A stretch of DNA of 64,000 nt, from contig OZ242272.1 in the NCBI GenBank assembly GCA_965207135.1, positions 2,682,275-2,746,274 of the forward strand, read 5' to 3'. Positions 1 to 9,111 of this stretch are shown here, piece after piece. Numbering within the stretch: position 1 is the first letter of the stretch; each line of letters begins with the position of its first letter. A program made the position numbers and the translations under genes. The notes below the pieces were generated by a model. It ran no database searches. It was not told the DNA's origin and worked only from the letters and a program-made list of their open reading frames with translations. Origin of the DNA: Chloroflexota bacterium (GTDB lineage: Bacteria > Chloroflexota > UBA11872 > VXOZ01).

Positions 1-741
1 ATAAGCGCCATTGGGCCCCAAGGCCATGCGCCGGTCATCCTAACCACCGAACCGGTTTCCCTCCTCTTCAGCGGCGACATCAAGCTCTATCGTCGCGATC
101 AGGCGTTTGGGCTCGTGTATACGGCGGGTACCGTACTCATTGCTGAGAGCACAGACCTCGCACGCGCCGCCATAATGAATCCAGAGTTTCACGTGGGCAA
201 GCAGGTCGTCCTCGAGCGAGAGGCCGAATTTCGTGAGCTGCCGCCGCGCAATGCGTTGACAGGATTCGCGCGGCCTCTGAAGCACTGGCTCCAACAGAGA
301 GACCTGTGGGGTGGCGGACCGCCGTTCGGCGTAGTCTCTACGCAGGAGGAAGCCCGTTTTGGGGAGAGTACCGGTCCTAATGAGTTGGAACTGGCTCGGT
401 ACGAGCTTGCGAGTGACTCCGCAGCGGTTACCCTCTCTACGGAACGGCCGCGGCCTGAGCACCTTATAGTGCAGTTGGAGTCTCGCTCGCCCCAAATTCT
501 CATCTTTGCAGAGACCTTTATTCCAGGGTGGGAAGCTACAATTGACGGTCAGCCCGCCGAGATCTGGCGCGCAAACGCGTACTACCAAGCAGTTTTGGTC
601 CCCGCGGGGGCCCACGAAATCGTCTTCCGTTACCAGCCGGTAGCACTGCGCCTTGGCTTGATTGTCGCGCTCATTGCTTTGCCTACATTGGCGATACTCT
701 GGATGCTCCCCGCTCTTGTAAGAAGGCTAGGGTGGACGTAG
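1..741 (+). CDS. C-terminal part of a YfhO-like integral membrane protein (5' end outside window)
   Basis: Frame is open from nt 1 with no stop before 741. The C-terminal region FIPGWEATIDGQPAEIWRANAYYQAVLVPAGAHEIVFRYQP followed by a final TM helix (LGLIVALIALPTLAILWMLPALV) resembles YfhO-family C-termini. Confidence 0.5.
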   Translation: MSAIGPQGHAPVILTTEPVSLLFSGDIKLYRRDQAFGLVYTAGTVLIAESTDLARAAIMNPEFHVGKQVVLEREAEFRELPPRNALTGFARPLKHWLQQRDLWGGGPPFGVVSTQEEARFGESTGPNELELARYELASDSAAVTLSTERPRPEHLIVQLESRSPQILIFAETFIPGWEATIDGQPAEIWRANAYYQAVLVPAGAHEIVFRYQPVALRLGLIVALIALPTLAILWMLPALVRRLGWT

Positions 742-784
742 CGTTTACGCCGCACTGTAAATGGGAGACCTTTGCATAGCTCCG

Positions 785-832
785 TGATTCCGGCGAAAAG
801 CCGGCCCCGTATCAGGTACGGGGCCGAAATCC
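785..832. repeat. REP-like hairpin element, family A variant (nested double hairpin)
   Basis: GTGATTCCGGCGAAAAGCCGG[CCCCGTATCAGGTACGGGG]CCGAAATCC. Hairpins at 790-804 and 805-823. It translates as the widespread VIPAK... pseudo-peptide. Confidence 0.6.
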
Positions 833-1012
833 AGAGGCGGCATCACATCTAAAGATAGGTAAGGTCAATACATTTTATCTTCATCTCAACCTTCCCCTTC
901 AAGGTGAAAGAGGTTGCGCAAAAGTCTCAAATGGGGAGTAACGTCAGACACTCCTTAGCGGCAGTAAACCCTTCCGCCGCTTGCCGTTGGCTCTAGACCA
1001 CTCTACACGGAC

Positions 1013-2200
1013 ATGAAAATCACGCTTCTCGCGCCCTTTGCGATGCAACCAAAAGGCACCACCCGCGTGCGGGTGATGCCCTTGGCACGCGCGCTGGTGC
1101 GGCGCGGTCACACGGCAACAGTACTCATCCCGCCGTACGACAATCCCCAGGACAGCACCGCCCGCTGGGAAGACCAAGGCGTGGTGGTTCGCAACCTGAC
1201 ATGCGGCCCCAAACCCAGCAGTGCCTCATTGGTCGGGCTCGGCCTGTCTCTCGCGCGTGCGGCGCGCCGCACCACTCCGGACGTCGTCCACGTTTTTAAG
1301 CCGAAGGGGGTAACGGGCATAGCGCAACTCGCCTTGTGGGGCCTGCGGCAGCACAATGTGGTCCTCGACATTGACGATTGGGAAGGTCGCGGCGGCTGGA
1401 ACGAGCGGCAAAACTACTCCGCCCCGCGGCAGCGCGTGTTCGCCTGGCAGGAGCAATGGGGTATCCGCCGCGCCGGCGCAGTCACCGCGGCAAGCCGGCA
1501 GCTCTTTGCGCAGGCCTGCGAGCTTGGAGCGCATGGGGATCGTCTCACCCACCTCCCCAATGGTGTGGATGAGACCCTCTACGCGTCGTGGCGGGAGGCA
1601 AGCCGCCAGAAAATCCGCAGCCACTACGGCCTGGCCGACCGGCCAGTCGTGCTGCTCTATTCGCGGTTTCTCGAGTTTAGCGCAGCGCGCGTTGCCGCAG
1701 TCTTCACACACATCGCGCACGCCGTGCCGGCGAGCATGCTCTTGGTTGTGGGATCAGGACCGCAAGGTGAAGAGCATGAACTGGCTGCACTCTTGGCAAA
1801 TGGCGGTCTTGGCGACCGCATGATACTTGCCGGCTGGCAGGAACCGGCAGCGCTTCCCGCCCACGTGGCCGCGGCAGACGTTGCCCTCTTTCCACTGGAC
1901 GACACACTGCTCAATCGCGCCAAGTGCCCGGCAAAACTCGTCGAACTCATGGCAGCAGGCCGCCCTGTAGTGGCAGAGAGCGTGGGGGAAGCCACAGGAT
2001 ACATCGACCACGAAGCAAACGGACTCCTCGTTGAGCCGGGCGACACAAAGGCTTTCGCTGCAGCCGCCGTGCGCGTGCTCCAAGATCCGACGTTGGCCCA
2101 GCAACTTGGCGCAGCCGCCCAGCACCACGTCTGGACGCGCTACCACTGGGACGTTCTGGCACAGGAGGCGGAAAAAGCGTACGCGGCAGCGATGCAATAA
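1013..2200 (+). CDS. Glycosyltransferase, GT-B fold, family 4 / group 1
   Basis: 395-aa ORF. C-terminal donor-binding motif KLVELMAAGRPVVAESVGEATGYIDHEANGLLVEPGD is typical of Glycos_transf_1. Confidence 0.8.
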   Translation: MKITLLAPFAMQPKGTTRVRVMPLARALVRRGHTATVLIPPYDNPQDSTARWEDQGVVVRNLTCGPKPSSASLVGLGLSLARAARRTTPDVVHVFKPKGVTGIAQLALWGLRQHNVVLDIDDWEGRGGWNERQNYSAPRQRVFAWQEQWGIRRAGAVTAASRQLFAQACELGAHGDRLTHLPNGVDETLYASWREASRQKIRSHYGLADRPVVLLYSRFLEFSAARVAAVFTHIAHAVPASMLLVVGSGPQGEEHELAALLANGGLGDRMILAGWQEPAALPAHVAAADVALFPLDDTLLNRAKCPAKLVELMAAGRPVVAESVGEATGYIDHEANGLLVEPGDTKAFAAAAVRVLQDPTLAQQLGAAAQHHVWTRYHWDVLAQEAEKAYAAAMQ

Positions 2201-2297
2201 GCGCGGGCATCATCCGGTTACGTGTCGCAGCCTCTCACCAGCACCACGATGCTGGTTGATTGCAGAGGGACACTGACAGAACCTTATGTAAACAACA

Positions 2298-3041
2298 TCA
2301 GCCGCCAAGTCCGCTCGCCTGGGCACGAGTGCGCCAGATGTGATAGAGCAGCAGCGAACCCGCCACGGCAGCATTGAGGGATGCCACTTTGCCGGTCATG
2401 GGAATATGCACGAGATAGTCGCACGCGCGCTTCACCAGCGGGCGCAGGCCTTTGTCCTCGCTTCCTACCACCACCACCACCGGCCAATCGTAGTCCAGCG
2501 TATCGTACCTCGTCTCGCCGGCGGGATCGAGGCCCACCACCCAGACGCCACGCTCCTTATACTGCGCCAGCGCGCGCACAAGATTCGGTACAGCGCACAC
2601 CGCCAAGTGTTCCACCGCGCCGCTCGAGGCCCGCGCCACGGTGGTGTTCACGGCGGCGCTGCGGTCTTTGGGCAGCGCCACCCCATGGACACCGACCGCC
2701 TCCGCGGTGCGCAGCAACGACCCGAGATTCTGAGGGTCCTGCAAATGATCGAGCGCCAGCACGAAGGGAGTTTCCGCGCGCTGTTCCGCGAGCGCGAGGG
2801 GATAGTCTAGCGCATGCAGAGCGCGGTCGGGAAAGCGCGCGGCTACATTCTGGTGGCGGCTACTACCGCAAATATTGCCCAGTTCCTGTCGCGAGACCGT
2901 CCGGACGTTCACGCCGCTCGCGCGCGCGACCGCCGCGATCTCGTCCAAGCCCTTCGCACCCGCTACCGTCCACACGGCTTCCGGCACACGCCCGGCGCGC
3001 AGTGCCTCCCGAACCGGATGAATTCCGAACAATAATTCCAT
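2298..3041 (-). CDS. rlmB: 23S rRNA (guanosine-2'-O)-methyltransferase RlmB (SpoU/TrmH family)
   Basis: 247 aa. N-terminal substrate-binding start (FGIHPVREAL). SpoU motifs LDHLQDPQNLGSLLRTAEAVG, VVVGSEDKGLRP and IPMTGKVASLNAAVAGSLLLY. Confidence 0.85.
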   Translation of the reverse strand: MELLFGIHPVREALRAGRVPEAVWTVAGAKGLDEIAAVARASGVNVRTVSRQELGNICGSSRHQNVAARFPDRALHALDYPLALAEQRAETPFVLALDHLQDPQNLGSLLRTAEAVGVHGVALPKDRSAAVNTTVARASSGAVEHLAVCAVPNLVRALAQYKERGVWVVGLDPAGETRYDTLDYDWPVVVVVGSEDKGLRPLVKRACDYLVHIPMTGKVASLNAAVAGSLLLYHIWRTRAQASGLGG

Positions 3042-3421
3042 GTGGAGTCCTTAGGCGCCTCTCATGCCTGCGCTACGGCATAGTATAGAATGAGAGAAGG
3101 GGGCACGGCTACGCGACCGGTCCCGCGCCGACAACGACACAGCCGCAAATCAGCGCTGGCTCGCAGCTTGGGACTCGCTTTTGTGGCAATGAACTGATGC
3201 TTCCTTTCGCGCTGAGCCTGTCGAAACGCACATTCGTGGCGGACTGCGGCTCTTTTTTGGCAAGGAAAGACTCTAGCCGTTCGCCCTACGGCCCTTAAAC
3301 AAGCACACAAGAGGCCATCTGAGGGCGGAAGGGGAAACTCTACAGTCTTAGTGTGAAGCGGCTCAGTCTGCGGGAAGAACTGTGCGATCAAACCGAACGG
3401 CATGGCGCAGAGTGAAATACC

Positions 3422-4198
3422 ATGATTATTGACGTGCACGTGCACATTCGTTCAATGCCGATGCTGGAGCGCGCGCTGCGCCAAGCCGAGCAACTCAACA
3501 TGATCCTCTGCCTCAACAGCATTAACCTGGAGGGCAGTAGTTCGCCCAACTTCCCTTCGCGGCAGTTTGTGACGCTCTGCAATGACCGTACCGCTGCGGT
3601 AGCCGCTGCTCACCCCAGTCGCGTCATTCCCATGTGGTACCTCAATCCCGCCCACGGCCAATACGCCGTTGCTGAGTTAGAGCGGCGAGTCAAGCAACAT
3701 CACGGCCCCCAGGGCGTGAAACTCTGGACGGCGGTTAAGGCAGACGATGCGCGTATCGATGCGGTCTTCGCGGTGTGCGCCGACTACCGGCTGCCCGTAT
3801 TGCAGCATACCTGGATGGAAGTTACGGGCAATCTACCCGGTGAAACCGATCCTTTCGCAATGCGTGCCGCCGCCTTGCGCCACCCGAATGTGAGTTTCTT
3901 CTGGGGGCATGCCAGCGGTGATATTGAGTACACTGTCAAACTCGCAGGCGGCCTGCCCAACGTCTTTCTGGACATCGGCGGCTGTGAAGCCACAAACGGC
4001 TACACGGAAACGCTGGTCAAGTACGTCGGCGCCAACCACATTGTCCAGGGAAGCGACGGTACCGGTAGGTCGTTCGTATCGCAGCTTGCGAAAGTCTACG
4101 GCGCCGACATCTCGGCGGAGGAGAAGGCGCAGATACTCTACAAGAATGCGTCGGCATTATTCACTCAGCAGAACCTTAGCCACCCGCTCTTCGCATAG
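3422..4198 (+). CDS. Amidohydrolase-family metal-dependent hydrolase (amidohydrolase_2-like TIM barrel)
   Basis: 258 aa. Starts MIIDVHVHI (HxH metal motif). Later WGHASG and GSDG motifs. Confidence 0.7.
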   Translation: MIIDVHVHIRSMPMLERALRQAEQLNMILCLNSINLEGSSSPNFPSRQFVTLCNDRTAAVAAAHPSRVIPMWYLNPAHGQYAVAELERRVKQHHGPQGVKLWTAVKADDARIDAVFAVCADYRLPVLQHTWMEVTGNLPGETDPFAMRAAALRHPNVSFFWGHASGDIEYTVKLAGGLPNVFLDIGGCEATNGYTETLVKYVGANHIVQGSDGTGRSFVSQLAKVYGADISAEEKAQILYKNASALFTQQNLSHPLFA

Positions 4199-4212
4199 AT
4201 ATCACACCTCCC

Positions 4213-5127
4213 ATGGCCGGTCTCGCAATCACCACCCACCAGCTACGCAAAGTCTATGGCGACACGCCTGCCGTCGCGAGCCTTGATCTCGCGGTGCCGC
4301 AAGGAGAAATCTTTGGCTTTCTCGGACCCAACGGCGCGGGCAAGAGCACGTGCGTAAAGATGCTCTTGGGCTTGGTCTTTCCGACGGGCGGCAACGGCAC
4401 GTTGTTAGGCGCTCCCTTGGGCGACCGGCGCGTCAAAGCACGAATTGGCTTTCTGCCGGAGCTCTTTCGCTTTCATGAGTGGTTTACTGCGAGGGAGTTT
4501 CTTGACTTTCACGGCAAGCTCTACGGCATGAGCGCCAGGCAACGTAAGGAGCGTATCTCGGCAGTCCTGGCACTCGTCAATTTGGAGCACACGTCCGGCC
4601 AGCAACTGCGCACCTTCTCAAAAGGCATGCTTCAACGCATTGGCATCGCCCAGGCACTGCTGCATGATCCGGAGTTGATCTTCCTCGACGAGCCCACCAG
4701 CGCCCTGGACCCAATCGGCCGCCGTCTCGTGCGGGACATCATCCGCAAACTCAAAGGGGAGCAAAAAACCGTCTTTCTCAATTCTCACCTGCTCTCCGAG
4801 GTAGAAGCGGTTTGCGACCGCGTGGCAATCATCCAGCGCGGGGAAGTGGTGCGCGACGGCACGTTGGACGAACTCCTCGCTGCCCGCCGGCTGCTGGACA
4901 TACACGTAGAGAGTATGAGTGCCGCTGTCTTGGAGCGCGTGAAGTCGCAGTGGACCGCCGCGGCACGCGAGGGCAATCAGCTTACGCTGGCCCTAAATGA
5001 CCCCGCGGACGTGCCGCACGTCGTGGAGTTGCTCGTCACCGGCGGCGCCGACGTACACCATGTGGCACTCCGCCATGAGAGCCTGGAAGACCTTTTCGTG
5101 CGCACCGTGGATGACACCGGCTCATGA
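4213..5127 (+). CDS. ABC transporter ATP-binding protein (ABC-2 type)
   Basis: Walker A GPNGAGKST, signature FSKGMLQR, Walker B LIFLDEPTSALD. Confidence 0.9.
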   Translation: MAGLAITTHQLRKVYGDTPAVASLDLAVPQGEIFGFLGPNGAGKSTCVKMLLGLVFPTGGNGTLLGAPLGDRRVKARIGFLPELFRFHEWFTAREFLDFHGKLYGMSARQRKERISAVLALVNLEHTSGQQLRTFSKGMLQRIGIAQALLHDPELIFLDEPTSALDPIGRRLVRDIIRKLKGEQKTVFLNSHLLSEVEAVCDRVAIIQRGEVVRDGTLDELLAARRLLDIHVESMSAAVLERVKSQWTAAAREGNQLTLALNDPADVPHVVELLVTGGADVHHVALRHESLEDLFVRTVDDTGS

Positions 5128-5148
5128 CCGCCGCATTTTTTCCGCCCC

Positions 5149-6018
5149 ATGCGAACACAGGAGCACTCTAGCTTGACCGGTCCCATACTCATCATCGCCC
5201 ACATAACCCTGCAGGAAGGCGTGCGGAAGAAAGCCGTGCTCGGGGGCGTGTTGCTCGCCGCCGCCTTCCTCGCCCTCTATGGCTTGGGCATGTATTTTGT
5301 CATGCGCGACCTACGGGTACCCGAAGGCTTTGTGGACCCGGATGTGTTTCGCGACGCCGTGGCGGGGCAGCTTTTGGCTTCTGCGCTCAACGTCGCGGGC
5401 ATGCTGACGGCGCTGGTGGCTATCTTCACGTCTGCCGGCGCGATTGCCACCGAAGTTGAGCAGAACACGCTCCATGCCATCATTCCCAAACCGCTCATGC
5501 GGTGGCAGGTACTGGTCGGCAAGTGCTGCGGCTTGGGTGCGATGTCCGCTGCGTTCGCCATTGTGACAACCTTGGCCCTGCTCAGCTTGACCTGGGTTTT
5601 CGCGGGGTTCTTCTCGTGGTCGAGCTGGCAGTCCGCGCTCTTACTCGGATTGCTTGGAATTCTGCTCACGTGCGTCACCGTGTGCGCGAGCTCGCTCCTT
5701 TCCAGCCTTACGGCGGGAGTGACCGTAATCATGCTGTACGGCTTGGCCTTGGTGGGCGGCATGGTGGAGCAACTCGGCGTGCTTCTGCAAATCCAGGTGA
5801 TGCAGAATATTGGCGTTATCTCCAGTCTCGTGCTGCCGTCCGATGCGCTGTGGCGCATGGCTGCGCAGCGGCTGGACGTGCAAGAGTTCGCCGGCCTCGC
5901 GGGCGGCCCGTTCGAAGGCTTCAGTCAACCCTCGATCTTCATGCTCGCCTGGGCGCTCTTGTACATCCTCCTTGCCGTGCTGCTCGGCGTGCGCGCGTTC
6001 GGCCGAAGAGACCTATAG
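5149..6018 (+). CDS. ABC-2 family transporter permease
   Basis: 289-aa polytopic hydrophobic protein 22 nt downstream of the ATPase. About 6 predicted TM segments. Confidence 0.7.
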   Translation: MRTQEHSSLTGPILIIAHITLQEGVRKKAVLGGVLLAAAFLALYGLGMYFVMRDLRVPEGFVDPDVFRDAVAGQLLASALNVAGMLTALVAIFTSAGAIATEVEQNTLHAIIPKPLMRWQVLVGKCCGLGAMSAAFAIVTTLALLSLTWVFAGFFSWSSWQSALLLGLLGILLTCVTVCASSLLSSLTAGVTVIMLYGLALVGGMVEQLGVLLQIQVMQNIGVISSLVLPSDALWRMAAQRLDVQEFAGLAGGPFEGFSQPSIFMLAWALLYILLAVLLGVRAFGRRDL

Positions 6019-6121
6019 CGTTCCCATGTTTGGTGATGCAGGAGCGCGAATTTGTGGGAGAAAGAGACGTAGGCCGAGCGGCAATGTAGCCCCAATGTAG
6101 GGAACCACTGCCAGTGCCCTC

Positions 6122-6742
6122 TTACACTTTCCGCGCGATCATCCTGCTCATCGCGTGTTGATGCAGAACGCCGCCGGACATACAGTCGAAGATCTCTTCG
6201 GTGCAGAACTCGATCTTCCAGTCATGGTAGAGCGTCAGGAGTTCGCCCGACAGCCAGGGCTCCGCGCCCGGGTCGCCATCGGGTGCTTTGCCGATGAAGG
6301 GCTTGCGCACGAAGACCGAGAAGCAATGCAAGCCCCCACTGTTGGTTTGCGCTTTGTAATGTCCGAAGACTTCCCGGCGCAGCTTCTGGGGAATGATGTG
6401 GAATACGCCGGTAGAAAACAGAATATCGAAACTTTTCTCTAGCCTGTATTCGTTCACATCTGCTTTAAAGACCGTAATTGGTATGCCTGCCGTCGCGGCA
6501 AGGCGTTCTGTCTTTGCCGCGCCCGCCGCCGAGAGGTCGAACGCCGAAACCCCATATCCGCGGTGCGCGAAGTAAACGGCATTCCTGCCCTCGCCGCAGC
6601 CAATATCAAGCAGCGTCACCGTTTGATCCGGCGGCAAGAGCTGCAAGACTTGCCAGCAGATTGCGGAAGGTTTCGTGCCCCAGTAATAGTCCTCAGCGCC
6701 GTATCGCTGTGCGTAGGAATCCTGTTGCATGGTGATTTTCAA
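6122..6742 (-). CDS. Class I SAM-dependent methyltransferase, TehB-like
   Basis: SAM motif I LLDIGCGEGRNAVYFA, followed by an acidic residue in SAFDLS. Size of 206 aa fits TehB-like proteins. Confidence 0.7.
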   Translation of the reverse strand: MKITMQQDSYAQRYGAEDYYWGTKPSAICWQVLQLLPPDQTVTLLDIGCGEGRNAVYFAHRGYGVSAFDLSAAGAAKTERLAATAGIPITVFKADVNEYRLEKSFDILFSTGVFHIIPQKLRREVFGHYKAQTNSGGLHCFSVFVRKPFIGKAPDGDPGAEPWLSGELLTLYHDWKIEFCTEEIFDCMSGGVLHQHAMSRMIARKV

Positions 6743-6827
6743 CTCGCGTTAATTCTGAGAGGCAGCCATTCGCGTTGACCAAGTCCCAACCCCGTGCGCC
6801 GCATGCCCTTAGCAGTGCACTGCACGC

Positions 6828-8087
6828 TTACTCGTAGCGCAGCGCCTGGATGGGGTCCAAGCGAGCCGCGCGATTGGCGGGATAGATGCCAAAGAAGATG
6901 CCCACAGAGCCCGCCACGCTTACGGCAAGGAAGATGATGTCCAGCGTAACCGCGGTCTGCAAACTCTCGCCATCACCTCCAAACGGAATCTGTGCAATTC
7001 CGAACGAGATCAACGTGCCGAGCAGAATTCCCAGCACGCCTCCTAGCACACTCACCACCACGCTTTCCACGAGAAACTGAATGAGAATGTCGCGCCGCTT
7101 TGCCCCCACTGCCTTGCGAATGCCGATCTCGCGGGTGCGTTCGGTCACGGAGACGAGCATGATATTCATGATGCCAATGCCGCCTACCAGCAAGGAGATT
7201 CCCGCAATCGCGCCCAAGAAGAGGGTAAAGACGCCAAGGGCCGCGCTGACGGCCTCGATGAGGTCCTTGGGACTCATGATGATGAAGTCGTCGTCCGCTT
7301 CTTCAGGGATTTCATGGCGTTCCCGCAGAATCTGCCTGATCCCCGCCGCGCCCGCATCGATCGTCTCTTCCTGTTCATCCAACAGCTCTATGCTGATAGA
7401 ATTGACGGGCCGTTCACCTCGCGCGGTCACCCACCTACTGAGGCGCGCTTGCGCGGTAGTAATCGGTATCAAGATCGCGTTGTCGCTGCTGTTGCCGAAG
7501 CCGCCGCTACCGCCCTGCTCCTCCAACACCCCAATTACGCGCAAGCGCAGGTTTTCCGCGCGGACGGTCTGGTCGATTGGGTCATCGTCCGGAAACAGGT
7601 CTGCCGCGGCTTTGGAGCCCAAGACAGCCACGGAAGCGCGCGAGTCTACGTCGATTTCAGAGATCGGCTGACCGTAGGCCAGCGTAAGATTGTTCACCGA
7701 TATGTAACTAGCGGTCACGCCCTGCACTGAGACATGCGTATCGTTGCCTTGCGCTACTACGCTGAGGCTGCGGCTGCTTCCTTCCGCAGCCACACCGACA
7801 ACGGTCCCATCCCACGTCAACTCCTCCAGCGCCAGCGCATCTTCGTACGTGAGTTGCTGTGGGGGTTCCTCGCTTGGAGAACCGCCCGGCCGGCCGCTGA
7901 AGATGAAGAGGACGTTCGTGCCGGCCGCCTGCAACTCCGTAGTAATCTGCCTCTCCACGCCGCGACCGATTGACATGAGCGCAGTGACTGAGGCCACGCC
8001 AATAATCATGCCCAGCAAGGTCAGGCTCGTGCGCAGCTTATTTGCAGCCAGGGCGCTGATGGCTACTTTCAATGTCGCGAAATTCAC
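6828..8087 (-). CDS. ABC transporter permease, MacB/FtsX type
   Basis: 419 aa. N-terminal TM, large extracytoplasmic domain, C-terminal FtsX 3-TM bundle ([24 protein letters not shown]). The GTG start overlaps the stop of the upstream ATPase (GTGA). Confidence 0.85.
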   Translation of the reverse strand: MNFATLKVAISALAANKLRTSLTLLGMIIGVASVTALMSIGRGVERQITTELQAAGTNVLFIFSGRPGGSPSEEPPQQLTYEDALALEELTWDGTVVGVAAEGSSRSLSVVAQGNDTHVSVQGVTASYISVNNLTLAYGQPISEIDVDSRASVAVLGSKAAADLFPDDDPIDQTVRAENLRLRVIGVLEEQGGSGGFGNSSDNAILIPITTAQARLSRWVTARGERPVNSISIELLDEQEETIDAGAAGIRQILRERHEIPEEADDDFIIMSPKDLIEAVSAALGVFTLFLGAIAGISLLVGGIGIMNIMLVSVTERTREIGIRKAVGAKRRDILIQFLVESVVVSVLGGVLGILLGTLISFGIAQIPFGGDGESLQTAVTLDIIFLAVSVAGSVGIFFGIYPANRAARLDPIQALRYE

Positions 8088-9061
8088 GGGGCAACCTCGC
8101 TAGATCGTGCTGGTGTTGCTGGTGAAGATCCGGCCTGCGAGGGAGTCTCCTCACCATCGCCAAATGAGGGCTCGCTTGGAGCCTGGCCTGCCCCTGCACC
8201 GGAATTGGAGGATTCACCACCGGCAAAGTCGCCCCGCTCCTCGTCCGCAATGCGACCGTCGCGCATGCGGATGATGCGGTTAGTGCGGCGGGCGATCTCC
8301 TCCTCATGCGTAATAAAGAGCACCGTAATGCCCCGATCGGCATTGAGCCGCAAGAGGAGCGCCATGAGTTCTTCACTCGTGCGTGAATCCAAGTTGCCGG
8401 TGGGCTCGTCCGCCAAGATGATGGCAGGGTCGGTTACCAGGGCGCGGGCAATGGCGACGCGCTGCTGTTGACCGCCGGACAGCTCGGTTGGCTTGTGAGA
8501 CATGCGGTCTTCCAGGCCGACGGCAATCAACGCCTCGCGTGCGCGGTCGCGCCAGCCGGTACCGCCTTTCTGCAGCATGAGGCCTCTCGCCACACCGGCT
8601 CGCTGCTCCGCATCGGATAGTTCGTTCGGCGCCTTGCCCGCGCCAACCGGTGCGCCTGCAGCCGCCGGAGCGCTCTTCGCAGGTTTCTTCCGACTATTCC
8701 CGCCGCCGTAGAGCAAGGGCAGTTCCACTTGCTCCAATGCGCTCACTCGCGGCAGCAGATTGAAGGACTGAAATACGAACCCTATCTTGCGGTTGCGGAT
8801 TTCCGCCAAACGATTGTCATCGAGCGTGGCAACGTCTTCGCCGTCCAGCAAGTAGTCGCCGTCATCGGGACGGTCCAGACAACCAAGGATGTTCATAAGC
8901 GTGGACTTGCCCGAGCCCGAAGGTCCCGTAATCGCCAACAGGTCGCCCCGCTCCACGTTGAGCGAAACCCCGTCGAGGGCATGAATCTCAGAGTCACCCA
9001 TCACGTAGGTCTTTCTGAGGTCGGACGTTTCGATCACAGAATCCGGCATGGACGTCCCCAA
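8084..9061 (-). CDS. ABC transporter ATP-binding protein (MacB/LolD-like) with an internal low-complexity insertion and a disordered C-terminal tail
   Basis: Walker [10 protein letters not shown], signature [15 protein letters not shown], Walker [13 protein letters not shown]. About 50 extra residues lie between LPLLYGG and [12 protein letters not shown] Gly/Ser/Pro-rich tail is present. Confidence 0.85.
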   Translation of the reverse strand: MGTSMPDSVIETSDLRKTYVMGDSEIHALDGVSLNVERGDLLAITGPSGSGKSTLMNILGCLDRPDDGDYLLDGEDVATLDDNRLAEIRNRKIGFVFQSFNLLPRVSALEQVELPLLYGGGNSRKKPAKSAPAAAGAPVGAGKAPNELSDAEQRAGVARGLMLQKGGTGWRDRAREALIAVGLEDRMSHKPTELSGGQQQRVAIARALVTDPAIILADEPTGNLDSRTSEELMALLLRLNADRGITVLFITHEEEIARRTNRIIRMRDGRIADEERGDFAGGESSNSGAGAGQAPSEPSFGDGEETPSQAGSSPATPARSSEVAP

Positions 9062-9111
9062 TGTCTCAATTCATGCAAAGCCCGCAGGCTCTTTCTTTAC
9101 CCAAACTTCGT

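Noticed and set aside
2237-2256. Hairpin ACCAGCA-CCACGA-TGCTGGT between the convergent glycosyltransferase and rlmB genes, as a terminator.
   Set aside because: The stem is only 7 bp with no U-tract on either strand. This is too weak to report as a feature.
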